DNA from: Chrysomallon squamiferum
Taxonomy: Eukaryota > Animalia > Mollusca
Direction: 5' to 3'
Assembly (NCBI GenBank): GCA_012295275.1
Contig: CM022674.1
Coordinates: forward strand, 744,001-808,000
DNA length: 64,000 nucleotides
Shown: in pieces, positions 13,090-26,537 of the stretch
Layout of the letters: each line of letters starts with the position of its first letter
Numbering within the stretch: position 1 is the first letter of the stretch
Program-made: the position numbers and the translations under genes
The notes under the pieces: generated by a model
Database searches by the model: none
Told to the model about the DNA's origin: nothing
Seen by the model: the letters and a program-made list of their open reading frames with translations, nothing else

Positions 13090-15527
13090 AAAGTTCACAA
13101 AACGAATTAATAAAAATGGTGACAGCAATCTGCAGTAAAACATTTTAAATTCGGAAGGACAAACGATTATCTCCCTGTTTGTATTTAAACTGCTGTGACC
13201 ACCTTGTAGAACAATTTTCTCAAACCAGACTCCATTTCTTGTATTTTTCAGGTAAGAAAAAACTTTTTTTAACATTTTTCATTGATCGAAGACGCGTCTG
13301 GTGAGTATTTTATCTATTCAGTAACGACGTCATTGACAACGCCGTGCGGAAAGATGTTGATCTGCGAGCACATTTTGTGCAACTACAAATATTGTTCTGT
13401 GCCAGAGTATTTCGTTTTAGCTGGTAGAATGTGTAAAATGTAGTTTGTGCTAGGCTTAAAGAAATGTTCAGTTTGTCAAGACTTTTTCCACCAATTGCGT
13501 CTTTTTTCGATAGTAATCGAATATTGTTAGAAGTTTGAAATATCTGGAATTATTTTGAAACACTTTTCAGTCATTCAAGGTAAGCCACGTAGATTCTATA
13601 TACTTAATAAAAAAATATATTCAGCTGTTAATAGCTTTTCATTAATTTCATTTATTTATTTATTTATTTAGTTACTTACTTACTTACTTACTTACTAACT
13701 TATTTATTTATTTATTTTATTTTATTTATTTGTCTGTTTATTTATCTATTTACTTACTTTATTTATTTATTCATTCATTCATTTATTTATGAAAATTACT
13801 TTAAATCTATAAACTTTTAACAATTATATACCGGATCCATGTTAATATAAGATACATAACCGTATACAATTGGGACATTGTATCACTATATATACAATGG
13901 ATACTGTCTTTAAAAATCCATCAATGTTAGTGAGAAATGAAGCTATGGTTATCTTACCATGTTATCTTCCTAAAGTCGTTATGGTGTTAGTATGGAGGAA
14001 GATTAGTTAGTGAAAAATTAATTTTTTAATTAGCTTTGTTAAAGAACCAAACTCTGGATTCGATCCAAGTACGTATGAATTAAAAGCGAAGATGTAATCA
14101 TTTTTATCCAGTCAGAATAATATAAATATCTGAACAGCTGCAGGCTTACTATGTCTTAATAATTTAAGAACGCCTTTCATAACCGCATCCTTTGAAAATA
14201 ATAAAGTTTTAGAAATGAATTTTCAAATACGATTACAGTCAACAGTCTAAGAAAAGATAAAATTCTAGATCGCAACCAGCGAGAGGGAAAAGTTTTATTT
14301 GTGTTTGCTCTCTCGCTCCATTTTCTTGTCTTTTGGCACCTCGTATTTTAGGCAAGTGATTATCCGAGATATCTGGTGATAATCCGTACCACAGCCTTGT
14401 TCCTTTCCAAGGGATTATGCGGATTATCCGGCTTCTTTTTTCTACTGGGATTATCATTGTGATGTAATAGAAAATGTCGTCTTCTTAAATTTTTCTTCAA
14501 ATCTTTCTTTTATTTTTTTATTTTTTTATTTTTTCTATCATTCATTTATTATTCATTAGTTCTTAACTTTTGGCCATTTCTTAAAAACTATGTAGGGTGT
14601 CGTAACTTAATTCCAAAAAGAATCCTCACTGTTGTTATTCACTGTTACCTCTTTTACACAATTAGTAGCTAATTCCCGTGTTATGACTTTTTCGTATCTG
14701 TAGTATATATTTAAAAGCATCATTGTTGCTAATGGTAAAATGTTATATTAAGTGTATATATATAAATATATTTATATGAATGCTTACATGCATCTATGTG
14801 TTAGTGTATTTATGTATGTATGTATGTATTATGTATGTATGTTATTTATGTATTTATGTATGTATGTATGTGTATGTATATGTATGTGTGTCTAGATAGA
14901 CAGACAGATAGGTAGACGGACATATAGATAGGTAAACGTGATTTAGAAGTATGAAAGGTTTATATTCAACAGTCGCTGAGAAAAAAAATCTACATTACTT
15001 AATATTCCTATGTTTTTAATACTACTAATAATAAAATAACAGCGACAACAACAACAATAATATTCATGACATTAATAACTATACCTATAATAACAGAAAT
15101 AAACGCGACATCTCCGTGAAACATTTCAGAATAAAACTTTTTAAAAATAACCCTCTATCAAATATCAATCAAAAATATTTTTTCTCCTTCTTCTTTTTCT
15201 TCTTCTTCCATGAGAAAAATGTCACATGCAGTCAGAGAAAAAAATGTCTAAATCTTTACCACACACCTGAATCCGTTCGTTTCGGAAAATTCTCAATACC
15301 ACTTTTGGCATCAGACTGGAATTCACGTTTGCCCAGTGCTTATAAAGGCATTACGCAATGGAAGTAACGACATTTTCTTCTAAAAGAACGTAATGTAACG
15401 TAATATTTAACATTTAACGTATGTTTTCCCTTGTCTGTTTAGATCTTCTTTTGGCAAACTCTGCCGGTAACTATTTACTTGGCTAGGAAAAAAGTGTTAA
15501 AACTGCAAAAATCCTGAAGTCGATTTT

Positions 15528-15660
15528 CGGTTACCAGTGGTTTATGCCCAGGATTACAGACTATTAGAGTCCGGGTTCAAATCCCGCTATGATGCAAGAA
15601 GTGAGCATTCGACATGTTTTTCTCACTGCGTAGTTCATTCCTTTCTGCTGGTTTGTAGTC
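15528..15660 (+). mobile_element. tRNA-derived SINE relic
   Basis: Perfect Pol III box B, GGTTCAAATCC, at 15574-15584, with a degenerate box A (taccagtgg) about 40 nt upstream. No full cloverleaf can be formed. Confidence 0.5.
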
Positions 15661-17395
15661 CACGAAGGCATTCTTGAACCCTGTCTGTATGTCAGAGATG
15701 TTGTTTACTTTGTCCGTAAGCCAAAACGGTTTTACAATGTCCCTTGGGTTAATTTAAAGACAGTTTAAAATTTAGAATGAATCAAAATGAGACCTTTTAT
15801 TTTACTAAATGAAAAAATAATAATAGTAATAGTAATAATAATAATGATAATAACGATAACGAAAATAAAGACAATAATGACTATGACAATAATAATAATA
15901 ATAACAACAACAACAACAAATGTTGATGTGGTTTTTGTTATTTAATTACATATTCATCTATTATTTTGTAAGACAGGGCATCTTTATTCAACTTTTAAAT
16001 AAAAAAGAGAAAACTTTAAAAAAAGAGAAAACTTCGAGAAAACAGTTAATCTTAACAGACGTACCTTAAGAATCTTGCAGTTTTGAAATTCACCATGAAG
16101 TAAAATAAACACATGCCAATGTCTTACAACGTAAGAAAATATATTTGTTGAATTTCGCCAAATTCCTACATTAGTCAATAAAATCAATGTTTTGCAAAAC
16201 AAAATCTGTCAAAGGTTACAAATAAATAAAAGTTCGTCTTAAACCTACAGTCAAAATGGAGTCGTTCCTGAGATATTTTCGCCATTGATTAGGTCAGAAA
16301 GAAGAGTATACACTTAAAGATATTTTCGATATGGTAAACTTGACCTTCAAAGGGTATTCAGTCTGAATATATGTGGTCACAGAACAATGCCATTAATCGT
16401 CGAATCTCTTGTTTCAATTTGAATCCTTTGACGATCGGTAAAATCAACACACTTCGTACTTTAAAGCATGTTGCTAAGCGTGCGCCTTGCTCAACTCCAC
16501 ACAGATCGATCGCGAGAGCAAACCAGACGAGAGGTTTTTAAGTATGAAAGCCTCGTTTTCAAATTTACCGCCATTAGTGATCAATACTTCACGTAGGGAC
16601 GTCACAGTATGAAGAGTATAGATTGTAATCAAATGAAGAATTTTGTTTTGTTTTGTTTTGTTTTGTTTTGTTTGTTATTTGTGCTGGTGATGTGTCTAAA
16701 GATTGTTCAAACATGAACTGTGTTAGATAAATGTCGTACATTCTTTAATTACTGTTCAGTGGCGAAGTCTGGGATTACGTTCCTCAACAGCTGTGATATA
16801 ACAGCTCAGGATAATGATATAAAAACATAATAATAATAAAATAAAAATGTAAAGCTATATTCATCTACTGTTGCAGTTTTGACAGCATGCTACTGCAGTA
16901 TTAATGTTTATTTATTTACTTACATACTTGCATGTGTTTAGTTTCACTTTTTTAGTTATTCATTTATATATATATATTATTTATTTTTTAATTTATTTTT
17001 TTATTATTGTTGTTGGCTTTCTTTTCATAAACTGATCTCTTTATACGGATTTTCAGTGAAGTCAGGTTTCGTAACTTCATTGTGTTCTATTTATGATAAC
17101 GAGTTGTTCAGTATCAGCGGTCAGCTTTAGTTAAGTTTGTGTACCAGCGTGAAAACGTGTCTTCATGAATAATAGTTTTAATATGTATTATTCCAGTCAG
17201 ACAATGCTCTTTTTATTTTTATTTTTATTTTCATTACTCATCTAAATTTTACTTTATTTATTTATTTATGTATTTATTGACGTATATTATTTTTTCTCTA
17301 TTATTTAATTTTTTAAATTTTTTAAATTTATTTTTTATTGTTGTTGTCTTTATTTATTATTATTTTTTTAATTATTATTTCTTTTTTTTTCTGTC

Positions 17396-17430
<35 letters not shown>

Positions 17431-18148
17431 CAAAGACAAACAATTTTTTTATAACTCAGTAATGTTTTGAAGAAAAAAAGATATATATATTATATTTATT
17501 ATAGATTTAAAACACGCCGAAACCTTAAACTTTTGAGTCGTTTTATGACAGAACAAACGAAGTAAAAAAAAAAAAAAAAAAAGAAAGAGATAAAAATACT
17601 TTCTCGCAGTAGGCGTACTTTCTAGAAAACAAATCTCTTAGGACTCGCTGACTTCAGTGATTAAACATGAAGTTGACTTTAAGACCGACGCCATTTTTTC
17701 CTGGACAAATACGATAATCTTCCGATGTGTTTTCCACCAAGTCGTCAGGCGATCCGCGGCAGCGAACTAAACACGCCCTGCGACTACGACGTAAAAAAAC
17801 AGACAGCGTGTGTGAGGTTTGCAACGTCTCGTTAATCCACCCCGCTTTGATCTGATCTATTTCTGTGAGCTGTGTTAATCCCATTGTTCCGTCGTAATCT
17901 TAATCGTCAACTGCGAATGAAATTCAAAAGTTAACCCGCATTTTGAAAACGGAACAAATATCCTTTATTCTTTTTATTCTCTTTAAAAAAAAAAAAAAAA
18001 ACACATATAAATAAATAAAATAAATAAAAAATAATAAATAAATAAAGAATAAAAAAATAAGTAATATCCAACACTGAAGAAGAAAATTGAGAAACTAGTA
18101 ATAACTTTTCTTTAAAAATGTCAAACACGAAAACAAATATAGAAAAAA

Positions 18149-18213
<65 letters not shown>

Positions 18214-18382
18214 TAACATAAGTAGACTACGTATTAAAGCGATTAAAAACAGAAATAATTATAATGAAAGAACAAGAACCACAATATTAAGACATAATTT
18301 CAATAAAGAAAAAATAACTAAAAAATTAAAAAGGAAGCTAAACTGAAAACTGACTACACAAAAATTTCATTTTTATTTTCAG

Positions 18383-19171
18383 TTCTTCAACACGCCTCAG
18401 GATTCACCTGCCCCAAAATCCTGAGCCAGGCGTGGATCCCCCACCCCACGGACTGTCAGAAGTACTACCACTGCCTCACCGACGGTCGAGTCTTTCTCAA
18501 GTCCTGTCCTCCAGGTCTCGTGTTCGAACCCGTCAACAAGATCTGCATCTGGGACTCGACGTCAACATCATGCATCACGAGCCAACGTCAGAACGCCGAC
18601 GACAACAACGTCATATCTTCTCAAATCCCCGTGATGCCGAAGAAAGCTGCTGTAAAAGATTTGAAGCTGCCGGTTGCACTTACCCGAAAAACTGCTGCTA
18701 CGACAACGTCAACGGCTACTACAACAACGACGACGGTTAAGAAAAGAATGCCGACAATGGCCAAGCTGCTGTTGAACGCCAAACGTCAGTCCAGCTTCGA
18801 GCAGACGAGAAAGATCACACAGCAACAGAACGTCGACCAGCAAACGTCACAGCCGCCGAGAAGTAACGACAACTCTTTCACCACCGATGACGGCGTTACC
18901 ATGGAGCAGGAACTCTTCACAGGAAAGAAAACAGAAAACCTGGCCAGCGAAACGACGGTAGGAGAAGATAACTCCGAGACTACCAGACTCCCAAGCGACG
19001 AATCTTCTGGAATCGAGAATCAGCAGCTGCCTTCAAGAAGCAGAAAAGTCGATGTAACGAACAGAATGTTTTCGATCAAAGACAAGCCGACTCCCATTGA
19101 ACTGAGAGCCTCCGATCTTTCCTCAGAAAAACACAGCGTGTACAGACGTCAGATTTCATCGTCAGAGAATT
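18383..19171 (+). CDS. Chitin-binding peritrophin-A/mucin-like protein, exon 2 (CBM14 domain 1 plus T/S/Q-rich linker)
   Basis: Acceptor ttttattttcag. Translation gives CPKILSQAWIPHPTDCQKYYHCLTDGRVFLKSCPPGLVFEPVNKICIWDSTSTSC, the six-Cys CBM14/ChtBD2 pattern. Donor T|GTAAGT at 19172, phase 1. Confidence 0.9.
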
Positions 19172-20405
19172 GTAAGTCATCATTTCTTTTATACACGTTA
19201 TTCTGGTATAAAATTAATAAGTAATAGCGTAGTTTCAATACTATTTTTAATTGCCGTCCAAAAATATATGAAACATATATATAATACATATATATTCTAA
19301 TATACCAAAATGTATTAAGACATTTCTGGATCAATTTAATGGTTTCACTTGGATGTACTTTTTTACTAGTGTACAATACTAAATTAATCACTTTTTTCTT
19401 CTTTCTGACTGTTTCTCTATTTCTTTATATCTGTTTTCGTCCTCTTGTTTTTTTTTTTTCTTCTTGCTTTTTTTTTTTTTTTTAATTTCTCTTGTTTGTA
19501 CTATTCTATCTTTTCTAATAATCTGAATTCAGTTCTTTCTATCAATGATGTCACTGTATCATTCTCTTGTCTTTTCTCTCTCTCTATCTCTCTGTCTCTC
19601 TCTCTGTCTCTCTATCTATCTATCAATATGTCTATTTTATATTTTCATTTGTGTCACTGAATTAATGCATGTCTTTTCACCACAGATTAATTAAATTTTA
19701 TTTCAGAACATAACGATTAATACAAAAATTCCTATCAGACTGAACTCCTTTGTAATAGATTATAGATATATTTGTCATGCTTTTTGAAAAACAAATTGTT
19801 CAATTGTTTGAAAATAATAATAATAATAATAAATTGTTGAGCATCAGTTTGTAACGGGAAATAACCCACAGTTATTTTCATACATTTCTCCCTATAATCT
19901 TAGAAACAACATACATGGGCTTTGAAAAAATAAAATAAAATTTTGGAGCATCGGTTTTAAAGGGAAATAACTCCGTTTTAACATTGGTGCCAGTTTAATG
20001 AAAAGGTTTAAGATATTCAGAGATATTATTATTTAGTTTCATAGATTATGATGACATCATTCGAAAGAGCAATGGAATATACGTTTCCTAAAATATTACT
20101 TTTTATATTTTTTGTTTGTTTGTTTTGTTTGAAGATACATTTTAATTTTATTTATTTTATTTTATTTTATTTTATTTTATTTTATTTTATTTTTGTTGTT
20201 GTTATTATTGCATCTCTGAAACTGATATATTCTTGTAAATAATTTATTTTTCTTAGGGATTCATAATAAATAATAATGATTTTTTTATGTAAAAATCGTT
20301 TTGAAATAAATAAATAAATAAATAAACGAGGGAAAAAAAAAAAAGAAACAGAAAAGAATCTAGAAACAAAGAAACGTCTTAATATACACGTGATCTGTTT
20401 TTCAG

Positions 20406-20549
20406 CGATTGATAAGGTAAATCACAAAGCTCCGACTCTTCCCAAAGTCACGTGTTCTTCTGCCTTCGCCTACGTCGTCGACCCCAACAACTGTGATACC
20501 TTCTACCACTGCAACAACTGGAGGCCTTTTGAAAAACGATGCCCACCAG
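20406..20549 (+). CDS. Chitin-binding peritrophin-A/mucin-like protein, exon 3 (N-terminal part of CBM14 domain 2)
   Basis: Acceptor tctgtttttcag. Encodes SIDKVNHKAPTLPKVTCSSAFAYVVDPNNCDTFYHCNNWRPFEKRCPP. Donor CAG|GTTTGA at 20550, phase 1. Confidence 0.9.
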
Positions 20550-20598
20550 GTTTGAAATTGTTATCGTTATTATTTTTATTGTTGCTGTTATTAGTAAT

Positions 20599-20685
<87 letters not shown>

Positions 20686-20965
20686 TATTCACTTACTTAT
20701 TTATATATTTATTTATATCTTTCTTTTCTTTTTTGGCTGTTTTTTCTATTATTTATTATTATTATTTTTTTACATTTTATTTATTTTATTTATTTATTTA
20801 TTTATTTTATTTTATATATATATTTTATTTGCCTACTTCCATATTTATTCACATTTGTAGCGATTTATTTTCGAATATTGCTTTATTTATTATCCATTTG
20901 TTAGTTAATTAGTAAATTATTAATATTTACAATATTTAACACTGTTTTTCTGTTTTTTTTTTCAG

Positions 20966-23900
20966 GTCTGTACTTCGACTTTGAAAATCTTGTTTGCAAC
21001 TGGCCGCACAACGTCAACTGCGTCGAAGGATACCGCGCGAAAACCTACTTCGCTTTCTCCTATAGGAGGCGCCACCGACCACAGGCGCAGAATTTCGTCA
21101 TCAAACCCAGAATTCAGGAAACCGAGGCGCCAAAATCTGACTTTACAACTCAGCCATTCGTCGAAGAGACCACCTCGACCAACGCCCCTGAAACAAGAAC
21201 GTCGTATTTCGATGACGTCACCACGGCAACGAATAAAATACCTTTTCTGGAGACGGTAGAAAGTGACGTCACCAAGATGAAAGCCAGTCAGGAAGAGAGG
21301 TCAATGTCGTCTGCAGAACCAGAGCAGTCAACGGAAAAGTTTGAAACGACTCCGGTTATGGCTGATTACACGCAGTCGACGAGAAATGATCCTGAGAAGC
21401 AGACGTCTGAATTCCCAACCGAGTCCGTGACGTCAACAACCTTCAGAAGTATCTGGGACGCCATGACAGGCGGGACGTCATCTCCAGACACGCCATTAGC
21501 AGACGAGAAAAAAGACAGCCACCAGCCTGGGTATCATCACTTCACCGCCAACATCGGCAGCAACAACACCGACGTCAACACAACGTCGAGTGGCAACGAC
21601 TTCACGGTCGCGCCGGTCCACGACGACTCGACGAAGTATTTTGACTACGAGAGCACCGTGATGAAGAAAAGCGGATCGACACCGGTGCGCAACGACGCTC
21701 CCATTCCTCACTCCTACTTCATAGGAGACGGATACTCCGAGGACGCGCGGTCGGTGTACGCCAGAGACTACCCCAACGTCGAGGACGTCGAAATCGAGAA
21801 GTTCATGCTGAAGATCCTCAACGACGCCATCAAGGAGAAGCACGTGGAAGCTCGAGACCTTTCCGAAAGTCGGAGGACAACTTAGTGGACGGAAACCCTA
21901 AGGAGACGAACGACGTTAAAAAGGAGACCAGACTCTCGACGAGACTGAAGGAGACAAATGGCTCCTTATGAAAGACACGAAGCAGAACTTCGAGGCCACG
22001 GGAGGAAGAGTTTCGTCTGAAGAGCAGAATGTCTACGAATCTTCGGGTGATGACGACGGGCTGTTTTCAGAAAACGGAGAGCGAAAGCTCACTGGACTGA
22101 TCATGAAGGATGAAGCGGTGATGACGAAAGGAAACAAAGATGCAGCTCGGGAAAAAGCGGATTCGGACAACGTCATCGCCGTAGACAGCTCAGACGAAAA
22201 ACAGACCTACAAGACTGAAAGTGTTACGAATACGTCTGTTGATTACACCACGGTAAACACCACGTCACCAACGACGACGGCGCTGAAAGCAGATGACGAT
22301 AATGTCACATTAGACGAACAGCTAAATTCGACTGTAGCAGAACAAACAGATGTGACGTCAGAGGAACAAGATGTTTCGTCTGCAGATCATAACGTCACAG
22401 TGGCCGAGGAATCAAACGTTACGTCAGAGCAACAAGAAAACGTGACGTCAGTGGGCCAGAGTGATGCCGTGACAACAGAACAAGCAAACGAAACAACCTT
22501 TTGATCTGAATTCAACGACAAGTGATGCCGTAACTACAACAATGGAGTCAACATCTACTGTAACGACAGGGGATAGCGTTGAACAAGACAATGGAGCTGA
22601 TAACGAAACAGAATCAGACGTCCCTACGAAATACGTTGCTGACGACGAAGTGATCGTTAACGAAACCGAGACGACGTCAGAAACTGAAAAACCAGAAATC
22701 AGCACCGCTGTAGAAAATGATACAGAAATGAGCAGTGTTTCAGATAAACTAGAAGTTAGCACAGTTGTCACAGATAAATCTTCCACCGTTTCCAACGGTT
22801 CCTCGGTAACTAAGCAACCATCCGTTGCCAATGACACCAACTCTGATGTCAGTACCAACGTAACCGAGAACGTCACAACAACAAATACGAAAATAGTCGA
22901 ATCGGCTAAGAATGAAACGAAACGTTTAGACGATGAATCAGTTTCCTCGGCAGATGATTCCGTGAGTGAAACCAACGTCACCACTGAACTTCCGACCACC
23001 TCTGAAACAACAACGACAACGACAATGACAACGGACGAAAGTAACGTGTCTGTAGAAGCGTTGTCTGCAACAGACGTCAACGAAACGGTTGATTCTAATG
23101 TTACAAGCCATGAACCAGACTACGAATCAACAACAGGTCATGATTCATCGACTTCAGAGAGTTCGGCGTTTCACAAAACGAGAATGTAACCGAGGTATCA
23201 AAACCAGACACTGCAAAGACAATAGACTCCGCAGAAGTGAACGACACAGTTACAAAAAGCGTCTTACTCGACGAAACCATCGTCACGGAATATAACAGTA
23301 CTTACACGACCGTCACGAAAACGTCGCCAACGTCAACGACGGCATCCCAGACCAGGGTGGAAAATACTGAAAACGTCACCAAGAAAAATGATGAAGACGT
23401 CACAGACGGTAATACTGAAAACGTCACAGACGAGATAAATAAAACCGAAAAAGCCACGAATGAACAAACCGAGACAACAACGGAAGGTTCACTAGAAGCA
23501 GTTATCCTCGTAAACGTCACAGACATCTCAAACGATTCGGCCTCAAATGAAACGGCGACGACGTCTGCCGAAGATGAAGCAGTCGACAACGATGCACTTG
23601 GGATCGAAGACTCAACAGAAGAAGGTTCAGAAGTGACAGCAGCATCCATTTCGAAATCTTCACCGTCGTCGTCGTTTAGCGAAGAGAAAAGTGTCTCCGA
23701 AGCCGTAACCGAAACGTCTACAAAACAAAGCGAGAGTTCTTCTTCGCCAGTCTCCGCGGAATCAGAAAACAAAACGAAAGCCGTCGAAGAAGACGAATCC
23801 GTCGTCCAAACTGTCGACATGGCGGCTTCGATGAACGTCACCAAAGAGGTCGTCGCAGCGAAGACCGCCAACGAAACGAGATCGACCCAGACGTCGACGT

Positions 23901-24100
23901 CTGATGCAGTGTCTGAAGATGACCGCGCAGATGCCGTCGCAGGATCCGATGAGCGAACGTCCGTTCCAACCACGGAGAGCACGAAAGAAACGAAAAAGTC
24001 GTTTATCTCTCTCAGTGATTTGATCAAATGGTACCTGCGACACTGGAGACACTATTCAAGATGGCGAGAGAGCAAAGAGGTTCAGAACTCCGTACAGTGA
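20966..24100 (+). CDS. Chitin-binding peritrophin-A/mucin-like protein, exon 4 (end of CBM14 domain 2 and acidic mucin-like tail; four apparent frameshifts)
   Basis: Acceptor tttttttttcag. GLYFDFENLVCNWPHNVNC completes the domain, and the frame is open to TAG at 21883-21885 (628 aa as written). Compositionally similar T/S/E/D-rich coding continues through shifted frames (ORFs at 21968, 22542, 23237) to TGA at 24098-24100, about 1367 aa if the four indels are corrected. Confidence 0.8.
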
Positions 24101-24658
24101 TGTTTTTTTCAAAATCGTAAATGAACTTTGACCTTAATACTTCCATGATGAATGGATTAGGTTATACAGCATTCTCTTTTCAGAAAAATTCGATTTTCGA
24201 TTTTGCTAACCAATATCTGTAATTCTTTTCGTTTTTTTATTTTTTTTTATTAAGCTAATATCTTGCAGATTTGCTTATAAAATCGCATATACATAGTCAT
24301 GATCATGATATATCTATGTTCATTATTCGATCAAGTCTTTAGACTGTCGATAAATCATTATTTCGTTAATATTACTGGTCTTCATTATTTGATAAAATTT
24401 TTATCTAGTTTTATCTAAGAAATATCAGTTTACGTTTTGAAATTGAAATTCATACAGTGATAAATATATTAGTACCTTTTGATGAATAATTCACATTAAA
24501 GTTTATCTGATAATTACCCTAGATATGGTGAATAGATTCCGTACATGATGAATATCTTGAATTGTTTATATGATAAAACATTTCATCTCTTGTTACATTA
24601 ACCTTCTAAATCAGCGACAGTTTAATATATTTTTGTTATCATCATTATTATTATTTTC

Positions 24659-24690
<32 letters not shown>

Positions 24691-25931
24691 TGTTATTACT
24701 ATTACTATTTTTTTATTATTATAATTATTATGATTATCGTTGTTATTATTATTATATTATTACTACTACTACTACTATTACTACTATTACTATTATCTTT
24801 TAGCGATCATGATTTCGTAAATATCTTCAAAAGTAACGTTGTTTTTATGTTATATGATTTTGTTATCTTCAAATTTGTTATATTTAAGTATTTTATTGTC
24901 ACTTGTTGTACCATACGTACTGGTACGACACAACCCAGTGAGTATATAATTACTGTACATAGGTTTTCTCAAACAGTTGTAAATAGAATATTCTGTGTTA
25001 ACCATTACTATTTTCAGTGTATGTGTACATATATATAACGAGTGCATGATGACTGTTTATCTTTTGATACGTTTTATATCAATATTAGTTCACTATATTG
25101 GCAATTAGCTTAAAGCATTTGATGCAGAGAACCTTTGCTATGGTCATTATAAATTAATGTTATTATTTGTTACTTGAATTTCAGTCAAATGTTTAATTTC
25201 AGATGTTGTAAAATTTGAAGTTTTGACCTATTCAGTACTCGAGCAGTTTAAACAAATTATTTTAGAAAAATTTGCAGTCGGACTTTCTTTTTCGGTTTTA
25301 TTTTCACTCTATTTTTATTCAAATTAGGTTCTCTAGTATTTAAAATGAAACGTTTCTTTATATTCAAAACTACAGTTAAGTTCACCTTTCTGACGGCCAT
25401 TTTTATTTCTTTTGATGAACTAGATTAAATTTTCTAAATAAAATTTGAATACTGTTTTTTTTTAATTAACTAGTGTTTAAATTTTAAATTTAGAGTTTTA
25501 TTTCAATTCTTCTTCTGGTCATTTTCTTAAACATTTGTCAGAATACGAGAGATTTGCAAATTTCCAAAAACGTTCGACATCATTTAAATTTCCTATTTAT
25601 AATTTTCGGATATTTCTGTTAAATGAAATGATAACATTTTCTTGTGTATCAGTTACACTTTTGTTTTACTATGCCGTCAGTATGATTAATTTTCTATAAT
25701 GCAATCTCGCATGTGAGAAATTTGTTCAACAACCCATTTAAGCAAACTGATTAATTTCCCAGTGCCTGGTGTTGGATCTCAAAAATATTATTGTTAGTGT
25801 AATTATTAATAATATTATTGTTATTATTATATTTTGTCAAATGGTGAGTGGAAATATAAAGACGAGGAACTTACTTCTATTAAATATCATATATATTACT
25901 AGTACTAATTATAAGACCACTACTTCTACTT

Positions 25932-25974
<43 letters not shown>

Positions 25975-26066
25975 GTACCACTAGTTCATTATTATTACTA
26001 ATAAAACAACAACAACTACTACTACTACTACTACCACTACTACTACTACGTTTACTACTACTACTA

Positions 26067-26174
26067 CTACGACAATTATTTCGCTTTCTTTTGTTTAGGA
26101 GTGACTGGAGTGTGTAAATATTTACGATAGCCTTTTTGGGGCAACTAGACAAGGCGAATGAAATACTGTATATA
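26067..26174 (-). repeat. Dispersed repeat copy A (inverted relative to copy B) with a (TAG)n tail
   Basis: The reverse complement aligns without gaps to 36540-36646, with about 12 mismatches in ~107 nt by manual alignment. Confidence 0.9.
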
Positions 26175-26260
26175 ACTGTTACCACGCTTTACAACTGTCC
26201 TGAGATCTCTCGCTGGCTTCTGTTAATGTTCATATATCATAATTTTGTATCTTTGTACAG

Positions 26261-26270
26261 AATAAATAAA
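26261..26270 (+). promoter_or_regulatory. Candidate polyadenylation signal of the chitin-binding gene
   Basis: Overlapping AATAAATAAA preceded by TGTA motifs and followed by a GT/T-rich element (ttttgttgtgttgt). It would give a ~2.2-kb 3' UTR. Confidence 0.45.
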
Positions 26271-26388
26271 TATCATGAGTCTATTTTTGTTGTGTTGTCA
26301 CTGGTGTTCAGACGAAGTAAAATAAGACGGTTTCTGTGTTTTTGTTTGTTTGTCTGCGGTGAAGGGCTTTGTGTTTCATTCTTTCCTT

Positions 26389-26537
<149 letters not shown>

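Noticed and set aside
15528-15600. tRNA gene
   Set aside because: Box B is present, but no acceptor or anticodon stems can be formed. Kept as a SINE relic.
21496-24052. Long minus-strand ORFs (21496-21843, 22448-23080, 23302-24027, 23762-24052)
   Set aside because: These are antisense shadows of the low-complexity mucin exon, with no independent splice or domain evidence.
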